DNA from: Alphaproteobacteria bacterium
GTDB taxonomy: Bacteria; Pseudomonadota; Alphaproteobacteria; Rs-D84
Direction: 5' to 3'
Assembly: GCA_017475605.1 (NCBI GenBank)
Contig: JAFVFD010000005.1
Span: 120,001 to 152,000, forward strand
Length of the DNA stretch: 32,000 bases
Shown here: positions 8,606-17,279 of the stretch, piece after piece
How the letters are laid out: each line of letters starts with the position of its first letter
Numbering within the stretch: the first letter of the stretch is position 1
Position numbers and translations under genes: made by a program
The notes under the pieces: generated by a model
Database searches by the model: none
What the model was told of the DNA's origin: nothing
Seen by the model: only the letters and a program-made list of their open reading frames with translations

Positions 8606-8908
8606 TTACCAACTGGATTTACGAACACCTGGCAATTTCCCTTCGGATGCCTGGGTGCGAACTTGCTGGCGGCAAAGACCGAACATACGGGAATACCCGC
8701 GTGAACGTCCCGTTACCGAACAACGATTGCGCAAACGTGTTGGGTTCGCGTTACGTGGCAACTTCGCCAATTTTTTCATCGCGTCCATGCGTTCATCTGG
8801 TGTTGCATTGACGGACATTTTTTCCTTGATCGCTTCGCGCTTTTTTGCATATTTTGCGACCAATACTTCACGTCTTTTTTGTTTGTTTATCAACGCTAAT
8901 TTAGCCAT
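8606..8908 (-). CDS. rpsN: 30S ribosomal protein S14 (long form)
   Basis: 100 aa; ...LPRNANPTRLRNRCSVTGRSRGYSRMFGLCR... Confidence 0.96.
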   Translation of the reverse strand: MAKLALINKQKRREVLVAKYAKKREAIKEKMSVNATPDERMDAMKKLAKLPRNANPTRLRNRCSVTGRSRGYSRMFGLCRQQVRTQASEGKLPGVRKSSW

Positions 8909-8924
8909 TTTTATACCTTTTTAA

Positions 8925-9470
8925 TTATTTCAAAACCAAAGGCAAGCCGATTTTGGTCAGCAATGCACGTGCTTCATCATCTGTTTTCGCAGTTGTCGCG
9001 ATAACGATATCCATACCGCGAATTGCGTCAATTTTATCCACAGAAATTTCTGGGAAAATCAGATGTTCTTTGATACCAAACGCATAGTTTCCACGTCCGT
9101 CAAATTTAGATTTTGACAAACCACGAAAGTCCTTTACACGCGGTAACGCGACTGTGATTAATTTATCCAAGAAATCATACATTCTTTTGCCGCGCAATGT
9201 AACCTTGGTACCAATGGCCTGACCTTCGCGCAGACGATATGTCGCAATTGACTTTTTCGCATGTGTGATAACCGACTTTTGTGCAGCAATAGCGGTCAAA
9301 TCAGCCGCCGCCGCATCCAATTTCTTTTTATCAGAAACCGCTTCGCCGACACCCATGTTCAAAACAATCTTTGACAATTTTGGCACGGCCAGCGCATTTG
9401 TGTACCCGAATTCTTTAACTAATTCAGGAACAATCTGTTTTTCATATATTTCACGCAATCTGCTTTGCAT
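8925..9470 (-). CDS. rplE: 50S ribosomal protein L5
   Basis: 181 aa; ...[11 protein letters not shown]...[14 protein letters not shown]... Confidence 0.97.
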   Translation of the reverse strand: MQSRLREIYEKQIVPELVKEFGYTNALAVPKLSKIVLNMGVGEAVSDKKKLDAAAADLTAIAAQKSVITHAKKSIATYRLREGQAIGTKVTLRGKRMYDFLDKLITVALPRVKDFRGLSKSKFDGRGNYAFGIKEHLIFPEISVDKIDAIRGMDIVIATTAKTDDEARALLTKIGLPLVLK

Positions 9471-9491
9471 TTTTTTATTCCTTAACGTTTT

Positions 9492-9511
9492 GTTTCCGTA
9501 ACAGCGGAAAC
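9492..9511 (-). repeat. intercistronic hairpin, copy 2 of the CCGCTGTTACGG motif (rplX-rplE spacer)
   Basis: The minus strand reads GTTTCCG-CTGTTA-CGGAAAC, a 7-bp stem. The loop and closing pairs match 7519..7536. Confidence 0.6.
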
Positions 9512-9518
9512 CGATTTA

Positions 9519-9821
9519 TTATAATTCCGCCCCAGACTTCTTGGCGATACGAACCTTTTTATCACCCGAAACCTTGTATCCAACGCGCGTTGCCTTCTTG
9601 GTCTTTGGATCAACCAATGCAACATTAGATACATGTACAGGTGCTTCGCGATCAACAATATGACCCGGTGTATCCTGGGTTGGTTTCACATGCCATTTAT
9701 GACGGTTTACACCTTCTACAACAACACGTGATTCAGATGGGCGCGCTTCCAGCACTTTGCCTTTGACGCCCTTGTATTTTCCTGAAATAACTACGACTTC
9801 ATCGCCTTTCTTAATTTTCAT
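9519..9821 (-). CDS. rplX: 50S ribosomal protein L24
   Basis: 100 aa; [24 protein letters not shown]... Confidence 0.96.
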   Translation of the reverse strand: MKIKKGDEVVVISGKYKGVKGKVLEARPSESRVVVEGVNRHKWHVKPTQDTPGHIVDREAPVHVSNVALVDPKTKKATRVGYKVSGDKKVRIAKKSGAEL

Positions 9822-9851
9822 TTTGTAGCCTTTTATTTATTCTGGACGCCA

Positions 9852-10226
9852 TTACAAAACTTCTGGTGCCAAAGACACGATTTTCTGAACATCGTATTTA
9901 CGACGAACTTCACGTGCGATTGGGCCAAAGATACGTGTTCCAATTGGTTCAAAGTTGTTTTTGTTAATCAAAACAACTGCGTTATCATCAAAACGGATGA
10001 TAGAACCATCTGGACGTTTGATTGGGAATTTTGTACGAACGATAATAGCACGTTGTACAGTCCCCTTTTGAACCTTGCCACGTGGAATGGCTTCTTTGAT
10101 GGCGACGACGATTTTGTCGCCGACTGTTGCGTAACGACGATGAGAACCGCCCAACACCTTGATGCACATTGCTTTACGTGCACCGCTGTTGTCTGCAACT
10201 GTCATAACTGTTTCATTTTGAATCAT
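9852..10226 (-). CDS. rplN: 50S ribosomal protein L14
   Basis: The track ORF extends to 10256. The conserved N-terminus [18 protein letters not shown] starts at the ATG at 10226, which is preceded by AGGAAAAGGG. Confidence 0.95.
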   Translation of the reverse strand: MIQNETVMTVADNSGARKAMCIKVLGGSHRRYATVGDKIVVAIKEAIPRGKVQKGTVQRAIIVRTKFPIKRPDGSIIRFDDNAVVLINKNNFEPIGTRIFGPIAREVRRKYDVQKIVSLAPEVL

Positions 10227-10323
10227 TTTTTTACCCTTTTCCTGCGAATGGGGCAATCCCCCACCGCTTTGTTTCTGGGTTCCGACTGGGTTTTACCCCC
10301 TCAAAGAACCCGATTACACAATC

Positions 10324-10593
10324 TTAGTCAATAACTTCGACTTCACCGTCTTTTGAAACACCAACGCGTCCCTTTACAACCCAAGTTTTTGTCTTGGAAA
10401 TTGGACGATGTTCTTCGATTGCGACGATTTCACCAACTTTGTATTCGTTGTTTTCATCGTGTGCTTTATACTTTTTGTTCTGCTTCACGAACTTACCATA
10501 CAGCGGATGACGGAAACGACGTTCCACTTCGACAACGACAGTTTTGTCGTTTGCTGTACTTTTTACGGTTCCTTGCAGTATACGTTTTGGCAT
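10324..10593 (-). CDS. rpsQ: 30S ribosomal protein S17
   Basis: 89 aa; ...[29 protein letters not shown]... Confidence 0.96.
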   Translation of the reverse strand: MPKRILQGTVKSTANDKTVVVEVERRFRHPLYGKFVKQNKKYKAHDENNEYKVGEIVAIEEHRPISKTKTWVVKGRVGVSKDGEVEVID

Positions 10594-10628
10594 AACTATT
10601 GTCCCTTAACTTGTTACTTGTTTTTCTA

Positions 10629-10681
10629 ACCGATTTTCGCCTATGATACCTTATTTTTTAGAAATCTCAACAAAAATCGGT
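10629..10681 (-). other. long-range 9-bp-stem hairpin in the 94-nt rpmC-rpsQ spacer
   Basis: ACCGATTTT (10629..10637) pairs perfectly with AAAATCGGT (10673..10681), enclosing 35 nt. Confidence 0.5.
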
Positions 10682-10687
10682 ATGTTC

Positions 10688-10879
10688 TTATTTTGCAGCG
10701 TTCAATTTTGTTTTAACGCGCGCAATTTCCCGACGAGTTTGACGCATAACATGCGTTTTCGGCAATTGGCCTGCTTCGTGTTGGAAACGTTGGTTCATTT
10801 GTTCTTTTTTCAAATCAACCAATTTGCTTTCCAAAGCTTCCTTGGTCAATGCTGCTTTTTCTTGTTTCTTTTCTGCCAT
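10688..10879 (-). CDS. rpmC: 50S ribosomal protein L29
   Basis: 63 aa; coiled-coil L29-like sequence at the canonical rplP-rpmC-rpsQ position. Confidence 0.93.
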   Translation of the reverse strand: MAEKKQEKAALTKEALESKLVDLKKEQMNQRFQHEAGQLPKTHVMRQTRREIARVKTKLNAAK

Positions 10880-10907
10880 CTTTTTTACCTTTTGCTTTGG
10901 ATTTTAA

Positions 10908-11321
10908 TTAGTTAACTTTACGTTCAACAACTTTGGTTTTAACTGGCAATTTCGCCGATGCCAACGCGAATGCTTCATATGCGATTTCTGGTTTAACACC
11001 GTCAATTTCGAACATGATGCGACCCGGTTTTACGCGGCAAATCCAGTATTCAACCGCACCTTTACCTTTACCCATACGAACCTGGGCAGGCTTGGTTGTA
11101 ACAGGAACATCTGGGAAAATACGAATCCATAATTTACCCATACGTTTCATATGACGAGTAATCGCACGACGCGCGGCTTCGATTTGACGCGCTGTGATGC
11201 GTTCTGGTGTCATGGCTTTCAGTCCAAACGAACCGAACGCCAATTCGCTGCCGCCCTTGGCTGCGCCATGGATACGGCCTTTCTGCTGTTTGCGAAACTT
11301 TGTTTTATTTGGCATTAACAT
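10908..11321 (-). CDS. rplP: 50S ribosomal protein L16
   Basis: 137 aa; [16 protein letters not shown]... Confidence 0.97.
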   Translation of the reverse strand: MLMPNKTKFRKQQKGRIHGAAKGGSELAFGSFGLKAMTPERITARQIEAARRAITRHMKRMGKLWIRIFPDVPVTTKPAQVRMGKGKGAVEYWICRVKPGRIMFEIDGVKPEIAYEAFALASAKLPVKTKVVERKVN

Positions 11322-11352
11322 GGTACAAATCCTCTATTCTGTTTGTTTAGAC

Positions 11353-12054
11353 TTATTTGCTTTTTCTTTCGCTGCTGCCGGCATATTCGGTGGGTCTCGC
11401 CATTTCCGAAGCCAACTTTTCTTTATTCACGACATCACCTGTGTAAATCCAAACTTTAACCCCAACAACACCATATGTTGTTTTTGCCTGGATTGCTGCA
11501 TAGTCAATGTCCGCACGCAATGTGTGCAATGGAATACGGCCTTCGCGAATCTGTTCGCTACGTGCAATTTCGGCACCATTCAAACGACCGCTGCACATAA
11601 CTTTGATACCTTGGGCCCCTGCTTTCTGGGCATTTTGAATTGCTTTCTTCATTGCGCGTTTGAACGAAACACGACCTTCGATTTGTTGCGCGATGCCCTG
11701 GGCAACCAATTGCGCGTTCAAATCAGGACGGCGAACTTCGTAAATATTAACGACAACTTGGTCATTTTTAACCAATTTTTTGATGTCGTTACGCAATGTT
11801 TCAATATCTGCACCGTTTTTACCGATAATCATACCCGGACGCGATGTGTGAACGGTTACAACTACCTTCTTGGCAAAGCGTTCAATAACAACCTTGGCCA
11901 AACCGGCTTTCTTTAATTTTTTAGTAATGAATGCGCGGATTTCGTTATCTTCTGCTAACAATTTAGCATAGTCTTTCTTACCGGCAATCCAACGGGAATC
12001 TGTTACTTTGTTAATTCCCAGACGCTGTGAAATTGGCGATACTTTCTGTCCCAT
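11353..12054 (-). CDS. rpsC: 30S ribosomal protein S3
   Basis: 233 aa; MGQKVSPISQRLGINK... Confidence 0.97.
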   Translation of the reverse strand: MGQKVSPISQRLGINKVTDSRWIAGKKDYAKLLAEDNEIRAFITKKLKKAGLAKVVIERFAKKVVVTVHTSRPGMIIGKNGADIETLRNDIKKLVKNDQVVVNIYEVRRPDLNAQLVAQGIAQQIEGRVSFKRAMKKAIQNAQKAGAQGIKVMCSGRLNGAEIARSEQIREGRIPLHTLRADIDYAAIQAKTTYGVVGVKVWIYTGDVVNKEKLASEMARPTEYAGSSERKSK

Positions 12055-12139
12055 TTCTTATTTCCTTGGTTTGTGGTTCGTGTTCTTGAAGCGTTCGCTT
12101 TATTCAGGGTTGCCCCTTACCACGTTCCACTGTTCTTTT

Positions 12140-12565
12140 TTATTTTGTTGTTTTTTTAGTTTCTTTTTTTGTTTCCGTTTTTTTGGCCTTTTTAGAAGGA
12201 GCCACGCCCGATTCCAACACGATGGTCAGATTCGAAAATGGTTTCAAAATTGGACGTGCGCTGCCGCGTGGTCCGGCCATAATACGTTTCATGGTCAATG
12301 CCTTGCCGCACCAGATTTCTTTGACGAACAAAGAATCTGCTGGCAAATTTTTATTGTTTTCTGCATTTGCAATTGCAGACAACAATGTTTTCAGCACTTC
12401 ATCAGAAACGCGTTTTTTCGAAAACTTTAATACATCAATCGCACGATCAACCGGCAATCCGCGAACCATATCGCACACCAGGTTTAATTTCTGATGGCTT
12501 ACGCGAATCATTTTGTTAAACGCGCGAACTTGATTTTCTTTGATTCCATATCTTGTCGTTGTCAT
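12140..12565 (-). CDS. rplV: 50S ribosomal protein L22 with a Lys-rich C-terminal tail
   Basis: 141 aa. An L22 core is followed by ...APSKKAKKTETKKETKKTTK. Confidence 0.95.
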   Translation of the reverse strand: MTTTRYGIKENQVRAFNKMIRVSHQKLNLVCDMVRGLPVDRAIDVLKFSKKRVSDEVLKTLLSAIANAENNKNLPADSLFVKEIWCGKALTMKRIMAGPRGSARPILKPFSNLTIVLESGVAPSKKAKKTETKKETKKTTK

Positions 12566-12592
12566 AACTGTACCTACCTTTATATGAAATTA

Positions 12593-12877
12593 TTATTTCT
12601 TAGCCGCTGCGGCTTTCTTGTTCGCTGCGTGCCCTTTGAAGGTGCGAGTTGGTGCAAATTCACCCAATTTGTGTCCAATCATATCTTCTACGATTGCAAC
12701 AGGAATGAATTTGTTACCATTGTGAACTTCAAAAGTCAATCCCACCATTGGCGGCACGATTGTGCTGCCACGGGACCATGTTTTAATTGGTTTACGGTCA
12801 TCATTTGCATTCGCAGCCGCAGTCTTTTTCAAGACAGACGGATGAACATAAGGACCTTTCCATACTGAACGAGACAT
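12593..12877 (-). CDS. rpsS: 30S ribosomal protein S19
   Basis: [11 protein letters not shown]... The track uses the ATG one codon upstream (12880). The GGAG spacing favours 12877. Confidence 0.95.
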   Translation of the reverse strand: MSRSVWKGPYVHPSVLKKTAAANANDDRKPIKTWSRGSTIVPPMVGLTFEVHNGNKFIPVAIVEDMIGHKLGEFAPTRTFKGHAANKKAAAAKK

Positions 12878-12902
12878 CATTTACTCCGTTTTTTATTTCT
12901 TA

Positions 12903-13736
12903 TTATTTTTTCTTTGCCAAATGTCTGCTACGGATAATCATCTTAGCAGTACGTTTATTGCTACGGGTACGATATCCCTTGGCCGGAATACCTGTACGTG
13001 ATACCGGTTCGTGGCCCTTAGAATGACCATTACCACCACCCATCGGGTGATCGTTCGGGTTCATTGCCATACCGCGGACAGATGGACGGATACCCAACCA
13101 ACGTGCGCGACCAGCCTTGCCCAAATTGACGTTGCGTTGATCCGGGTTGGAAACGCTGCCAACTGTGGCAAAACAATCGGAATGAACTTTACGCAACTCG
13201 CCGCTGTTCATTTTAATCTGTGCATAAACGCCGTCTTTACCCATCAATTGAGCATAGCAACCTGCACTACGGGCCAATTGACCACCAGCGCCCGGTTTCA
13301 ATTCAACGTTATGAACGATTGTACCGATTGGCATATTTTTCAATGGCATCGCATTACCTGGTTTGATGTCTTCACGTTCGCCGGAAATAACGACATCACC
13401 GACCTTTAAATCACGTGGTGCCAAAATGTACGAACGAATACCATCTTTGTATTCAATCAATGCGATGAATGCTGTACGATTAGGATCGTATTCCAAACGC
13501 AACACAGTTGCTGGAACATCCATTTTTTTACGTTTAAAATCAATCAAACGATATGTACGTTTGTGGCCACCACCCTGATGCATAACGGTTACATGACCAA
13601 AATTATTGCGCCCACCATGGGACTTGATACCGACTGTCAAAGCCTTTTCTGGCGCGCCGCGATAAAGTTCACTGCGATCGACCTGGGTCAAACCACGTGT
13701 ACCTGCGGTTGTCGGTTTGTAATGCTTTAATGCCAT
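12903..13736 (-). CDS. rplB: 50S ribosomal protein L2
   Basis: 277 aa; ...[13 protein letters not shown]...[13 protein letters not shown]... Confidence 0.98.
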   Translation of the reverse strand: MALKHYKPTTAGTRGLTQVDRSELYRGAPEKALTVGIKSHGGRNNFGHVTVMHQGGGHKRTYRLIDFKRKKMDVPATVLRLEYDPNRTAFIALIEYKDGIRSYILAPRDLKVGDVVISGEREDIKPGNAMPLKNMPIGTIVHNVELKPGAGGQLARSAGCYAQLMGKDGVYAQIKMNSGELRKVHSDCFATVGSVSNPDQRNVNLGKAGRARWLGIRPSVRGMAMNPNDHPMGGGNGHSKGHEPVSRTGIPAKGYRTRSNKRTAKMIIRSRHLAKKK

Positions 13737-13754
13737 TTTTTACTACCTTTGTTT

Positions 13755-13797
13755 GCCATAACAATAACGTCCAAAAATATGGATTCTCTGTTATGGC
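13755..13797 (-). other. 9-bp-stem hairpin in the 71-nt rplW-rplB spacer
   Basis: GCCATAACA (13755..13763) pairs perfectly with TGTTATGGC (13789..13797). There is an inner TCCA...TGGA stem. Confidence 0.5.
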
Positions 13798-13807
13798 GGT
13801 TAATTAA

Positions 13808-14143
13808 TTATTGTACGTTTGCAGACAGATCCAATTTCGCATCTGCTGGCAATGTAACATACGCTTTTTTAACAGTGCGCTGTGTACCGCTGCTGCGACC
13901 ACGGAAAGATTTTACTTTGCCTTTCACAACAACAATGTTAATCTTTGTGGGCTTAACATTATATATCGCTTCGACGGCTTGTGCAACATCTTCTTTTGTC
14001 GCTTTTGCTGCAACTTCGAACGCAACACCATTCATTTCAGACAGTTTTGCTGCCTTTTCCGAGATTATCGGGCGACGCAGTACATCAAAAGCACCGGCGG
14101 TCGCAACGATTTTCTTTTCTGAATTAACTTTCTTTTCTGCCAT
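13808..14143 (-). CDS. rplW: 50S ribosomal protein L23
   Basis: 111 aa; ...FDVLRRPIISEKA...; canonical position. Confidence 0.94.
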   Translation of the reverse strand: MAEKKVNSEKKIVATAGAFDVLRRPIISEKAAKLSEMNGVAFEVAAKATKEDVAQAVEAIYNVKPTKINIVVVKGKVKSFRGRSSGTQRTVKKAYVTLPADAKLDLSANVQ

Positions 14144-14160
14144 TTTATTGACCCTCTAGA

Positions 14161-14781
14161 TTATGCCAATCTTGCTTCCACTGCTTTGACTGCATCTGCT
14201 GTCAAAACCAATTTTTCATGTTTCAAGATATCCAAAACATTCAAACCAATTGTCGGCAACACATCAATGTTTTCGATATTGGCTGCTGATTTCTTGAAGT
14301 TTTCATCCAAATTGTCCGCACCAACGAACAAAGCAGATGCGATATTCAATTTTTTCAATTGCTTCGCAAAAGCACCTGTCTTGGCTGCTTTCAATTTTTC
14401 AGAATCAATCACAATCAATGAACCATCTTTGACCTTGGAAGACAAAGCCATTTTCAAGCCCAAACTGCGAATCTTTTTTGGTAAATCAATCGCATGATCG
14501 CGAACAACTGGTCCATGAACGACACCACCGCCACGCATGTGAACATTGTATTTTTCACCCTGACGTGCGTTACCAGTCTTTTTCTGTTTGAATGCTTTTT
14601 TACCACTGCCCGCAACATCGGAAACGGTTTTAACCGCATGTGTACCGGCGCGGGATTTTGCGCGTTGCCATGTAACAACACGATGCAAAATGTCTGCACG
14701 TGGTTCTAAACCAAAAACGCTGTCCTGCAATTCTGCTTTGCCGACCGCTTTACCATCAAAATTAATAATGTCTATTTGCAT
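14161..14781 (-). CDS. rplD: 50S ribosomal protein L4
   Basis: ...WQRAKSRAGTHAVKTVSDVAGSGKKAFKQKKTGNARQG... I prefer the ATG at 14781 (MQIDIINFDGK), which has the SD GAAGGTG. The track start at 14811 overlaps the rplC stop as TAATG and remains possible. Confidence 0.93.
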   Translation of the reverse strand: MQIDIINFDGKAVGKAELQDSVFGLEPRADILHRVVTWQRAKSRAGTHAVKTVSDVAGSGKKAFKQKKTGNARQGEKYNVHMRGGGVVHGPVVRDHAIDLPKKIRSLGLKMALSSKVKDGSLIVIDSEKLKAAKTGAFAKQLKKLNIASALFVGADNLDENFKKSAANIENIDVLPTIGLNVLDILKHEKLVLTADAVKAVEARLA

Positions 14782-14810
14782 TTTATTCACCTTCACTTCT
14801 GTCGTCGCCA

Positions 14811-15521
14811 TTATTCCGCAACTGTTTCTGTTGTGGTGTCAGCCCCGGCATTGTTTAATTTGGTTGGGACCGGTAAATCTTTCTGTTCTTTTTTAACTGC
14901 ATCGGTCACCAATACGAATGTGCCGTTTGCACCTGGAACAGCGCCTTCAACGAAGATTAAGTTTTCTGCTTCGTCCATACCAAATACTTTCAGGTTTTGA
15001 ACCGTTACAGTTTCATTACCCATCTGGCCTGCCATCTTTTTACCTTTCAAAACACGACCTGGCCATTCGCGCATACCTGTACCACCGATTGAACGATGTG
15101 CTTTTAAAACACCATGGGATGCTTCCTTACCGCCAAAGTTATGACGTTTCATCGCACCCTGGAATCCTTTACCCTTGCTTGTTGCCTGAACATCAATAAA
15201 TTGTCCAACAACAAAATGAGACGCTGACATTGCAGTCCCTGCTGGGATAACGCAATCGTCAGATACGCGGAATTCCGCAACCTTACGAAATGGCTTAATG
15301 CCTGCTTTTTCTGCCGCAACCGCTTGTGGTTTTGCAACATGTTTTGCCTTGGCTTCGCGCAAACCCAAAATATTTGCGACGTAACCATTCTTTTCCATCG
15401 TCCGATTCCCAATGACTGTGCAGTCGCCAACCGATAACACTGTTACTGGATGTGCCACACCCGCATCGTCATACAGACGAGTCATACCTATTTTTGTTGT
15501 TATTAATCCGCTACGTTTCAT
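14811..15521 (-). CDS. rplC: 50S ribosomal protein L3
   Basis: 236 aa; MKRSGLITTKIGMTRLYDDAG... Confidence 0.97.
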   Translation of the reverse strand: MKRSGLITTKIGMTRLYDDAGVAHPVTVLSVGDCTVIGNRTMEKNGYVANILGLREAKAKHVAKPQAVAAEKAGIKPFRKVAEFRVSDDCVIPAGTAMSASHFVVGQFIDVQATSKGKGFQGAMKRHNFGGKEASHGVLKAHRSIGGTGMREWPGRVLKGKKMAGQMGNETVTVQNLKVFGMDEAENLIFVEGAVPGANGTFVLVTDAVKKEQKDLPVPTKLNNAGADTTTETVAE

Positions 15522-15545
15522 TTTTTTGCCTTTTTTTAGTCAGAG

Positions 15546-15580
15546 GTTGGTGCGTTTTATTTTTTGCATCCCACACCAAC
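15546..15580 (-). other. hairpin in the 69-nt rpsJ-rplC spacer
   Basis: GTTGGTG (15546..15552) pairs with CACCAAC (15574..15580). Confidence 0.45.
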
Positions 15581-15590
15581 ACTAACAGTT

Positions 15591-15902
15591 TTACAATTTA
15601 ATTTTTACATCGACACCGGATGTCAAATCCAACTTCATCAACGCATCAACTGTCTGAGGGGTTGGATTAACAATATCTACGACCGCCTTGTGATTGCGGA
15701 TTTCGAATTGTTCACGTGATTTTTTATCAACGTGTGGCGAACGGTTCACTGTAAATTTTTGAACCAATGTCGGCAAGCGAACGGGTCCAACGACATCTGC
15801 GCCAGTGCGCTTCGCTGTCTTAACAATTTCATCAACAGATTCCATCAAGTTACGATGGTCAAATGCTGTTAATTTAATACGAATTTTTGATGCTGGTACC
15901 AT
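15591..15902 (-). CDS. rpsJ: 30S ribosomal protein S10
   Basis: The track ORF extends to 15941. The conserved start [16 protein letters not shown] is at 15902, with AAGGA 9 nt upstream. Confidence 0.95.
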   Translation of the reverse strand: MVPASKIRIKLTAFDHRNLMESVDEIVKTAKRTGADVVGPVRLPTLVQKFTVNRSPHVDKKSREQFEIRNHKAVVDIVNPTPQTVDALMKLDLTSGVDVKIKL

Positions 15903-15926
15903 TTGTTCGTTTTCCTTATCGTTATT

Positions 15927-15970
15927 CGGGCCGGTAATCATTGGAGCTTTAATCCAATTACACCGACCCG
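15927..15970 (-). other. extended imperfect hairpin in the tuf-rpsJ spacer (S10-operon leader position)
   Basis: On the minus strand, CGGGTCGGTG...ATTGG pairs with CCAAT...TACCGGCCCG. The basal stem is 10 bp including two G-U pairs, and the apical stem is 5 bp. Confidence 0.5.
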
Positions 15971-15980
15971 TTTGTTACCA

Positions 15981-17168
15981 TTATTTAATAATCTTCGATA
16001 CAACACCTGCGCCAACTGTGCGTCCGCCTTCACGGATAGCAAAGCGACGACCTTCGTCCATAGCAATAGGTGCAATCAATTGCACTGTGATACGAACGTT
16101 ATCGCCCGGCAAGACCATTTCTTTGTCTGCTGGCAATGTGATTGTACCAGTTACGTCTGTTGTGCTGAAGTAGAACTGTGGACGATAGTTGCTAAAGAAC
16201 GCTGTATGACGGCCACCTTCTTCTTTTGTCAAGATATAAACTTCAGCTTCAAAGTCTGTGTGTGGAGTGATGGAACCTGGTTTGCAGATTATCTGACCAC
16301 GTTCTACTTCTTCCTTCTTGGTTCCACGCAACAACAAACCTACGTTATCACCGGCTTCACCTTGATCCAACATTTTGCGGAACATTTCGACACCGGTAAC
16401 AACTGTTTTCTGTGTTGGACGCAAACCAACGATTTCACATTCATCACCAACTTTGACAACGCCAGATTCAACACGGCCTGTAACCACTGTACCACGACCT
16501 GTGATTGAAAATACGTCTTCAATTGGCATCAAGAATGGTTTATCAACTGGACGTTCTGGCATTGGGATGTATTCATCGCATGCTTTCAACAAAGCGTCAA
16601 TTGATTCTTTACCAAAACCATCATTTTTGCCTTCCAAAGCGGAAATAGCAGAACCGCGGATGATTGGAGCATTATCGCCATCGAAGTCATTTGCAGACAA
16701 CAATTCACGAATTTCCATTTCAACCAATTCCAACAATTCTGGATCGTTTGCCAAATCGCATTTGTTCAAATAAACAACGATTTTTGGAATACCAACCTGA
16801 CGTGCCAACAAGATGTGTTCACGTGTCTGAGGCATAGGACCATCAGTTGCAGCAACAACCAAGATAGCACCATCCATCTGGGCAGCACCGGTAATCATGT
16901 TTTTAACATAGTCCGCGTGTCCTGGGCAGTCAACGTGCGCATAGTGGCGATTTGCTGTTTCATATTCAACGTGTGCGGTGTTAATTGTAATACCACGTGC
17001 GCGTTCTTCTGGGGCGTTATCGATTTGATCAACACCTTTCTGCGCATCGGTTCCAACACCATAGTAGTGAACGATAGCGGCTGTCAAAGTCGTTTTACCG
17101 TGGTCAACGTGACCAATGGTACCGATGTTAACATGCGGCTTGGTTCTTACATATTTTTCTTTTGCCAT
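15981..17168 (-). CDS. tuf: elongation factor Tu
   Basis: 395 aa; ...[10 protein letters not shown]...[26 protein letters not shown]... Confidence 0.99.
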   Translation of the reverse strand: MAKEKYVRTKPHVNIGTIGHVDHGKTTLTAAIVHYYGVGTDAQKGVDQIDNAPEERARGITINTAHVEYETANRHYAHVDCPGHADYVKNMITGAAQMDGAILVVAATDGPMPQTREHILLARQVGIPKIVVYLNKCDLANDPELLELVEMEIRELLSANDFDGDNAPIIRGSAISALEGKNDGFGKESIDALLKACDEYIPMPERPVDKPFLMPIEDVFSITGRGTVVTGRVESGVVKVGDECEIVGLRPTQKTVVTGVEMFRKMLDQGEAGDNVGLLLRGTKKEEVERGQIICKPGSITPHTDFEAEVYILTKEEGGRHTAFFSNYRPQFYFSTTDVTGTITLPADKEMVLPGDNVRITVQLIAPIAMDEGRRFAIREGGRTVGAGVVSKIIK

Positions 17169-17212
17169 AGTTTTTCTCCTTAAGGCTTCTGTTTTGTTAA
17201 TCTGATTTTCGA

Positions 17213-17254
17213 TTTCCGGGTTATGGATTTCTGAACCTAATCATAACCCAGAAA
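17213..17254 (-). other. 13-bp-stem hairpin in the 111-nt fusA-tuf spacer
   Basis: The minus strand reads TTTCTGGGTTATG-N16-CATAACCCGGAAA. The single non-Watson-Crick position is G-U on the mRNA strand but C-A on the plus strand. Confidence 0.55.
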
Positions 17255-17279
17255 TTTTAAATCACAATCTTTTTTTTGT

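Noticed and set aside
11194-11916. Long antisense ORFs inside highly expressed genes (11194..11916, 15903..16508, 7568..8068, 20591..21325, 18153..18629 and others).
   Set aside because: They lie opposite well-supported conserved genes. Their products are Cys/Phe/Asn-rich nonsense, and such stop-free antisense frames are expected from codon bias.
9852-15941. N-terminal extensions of rplN (to 10256), rpsJ (to 15941) and rplD (to 14811) in the ORF track.
   Set aside because: The conserved protein N-termini and better-spaced SD sequences support the internal ATGs at 10226, 15902 and 14781. The rplD case is the least certain.
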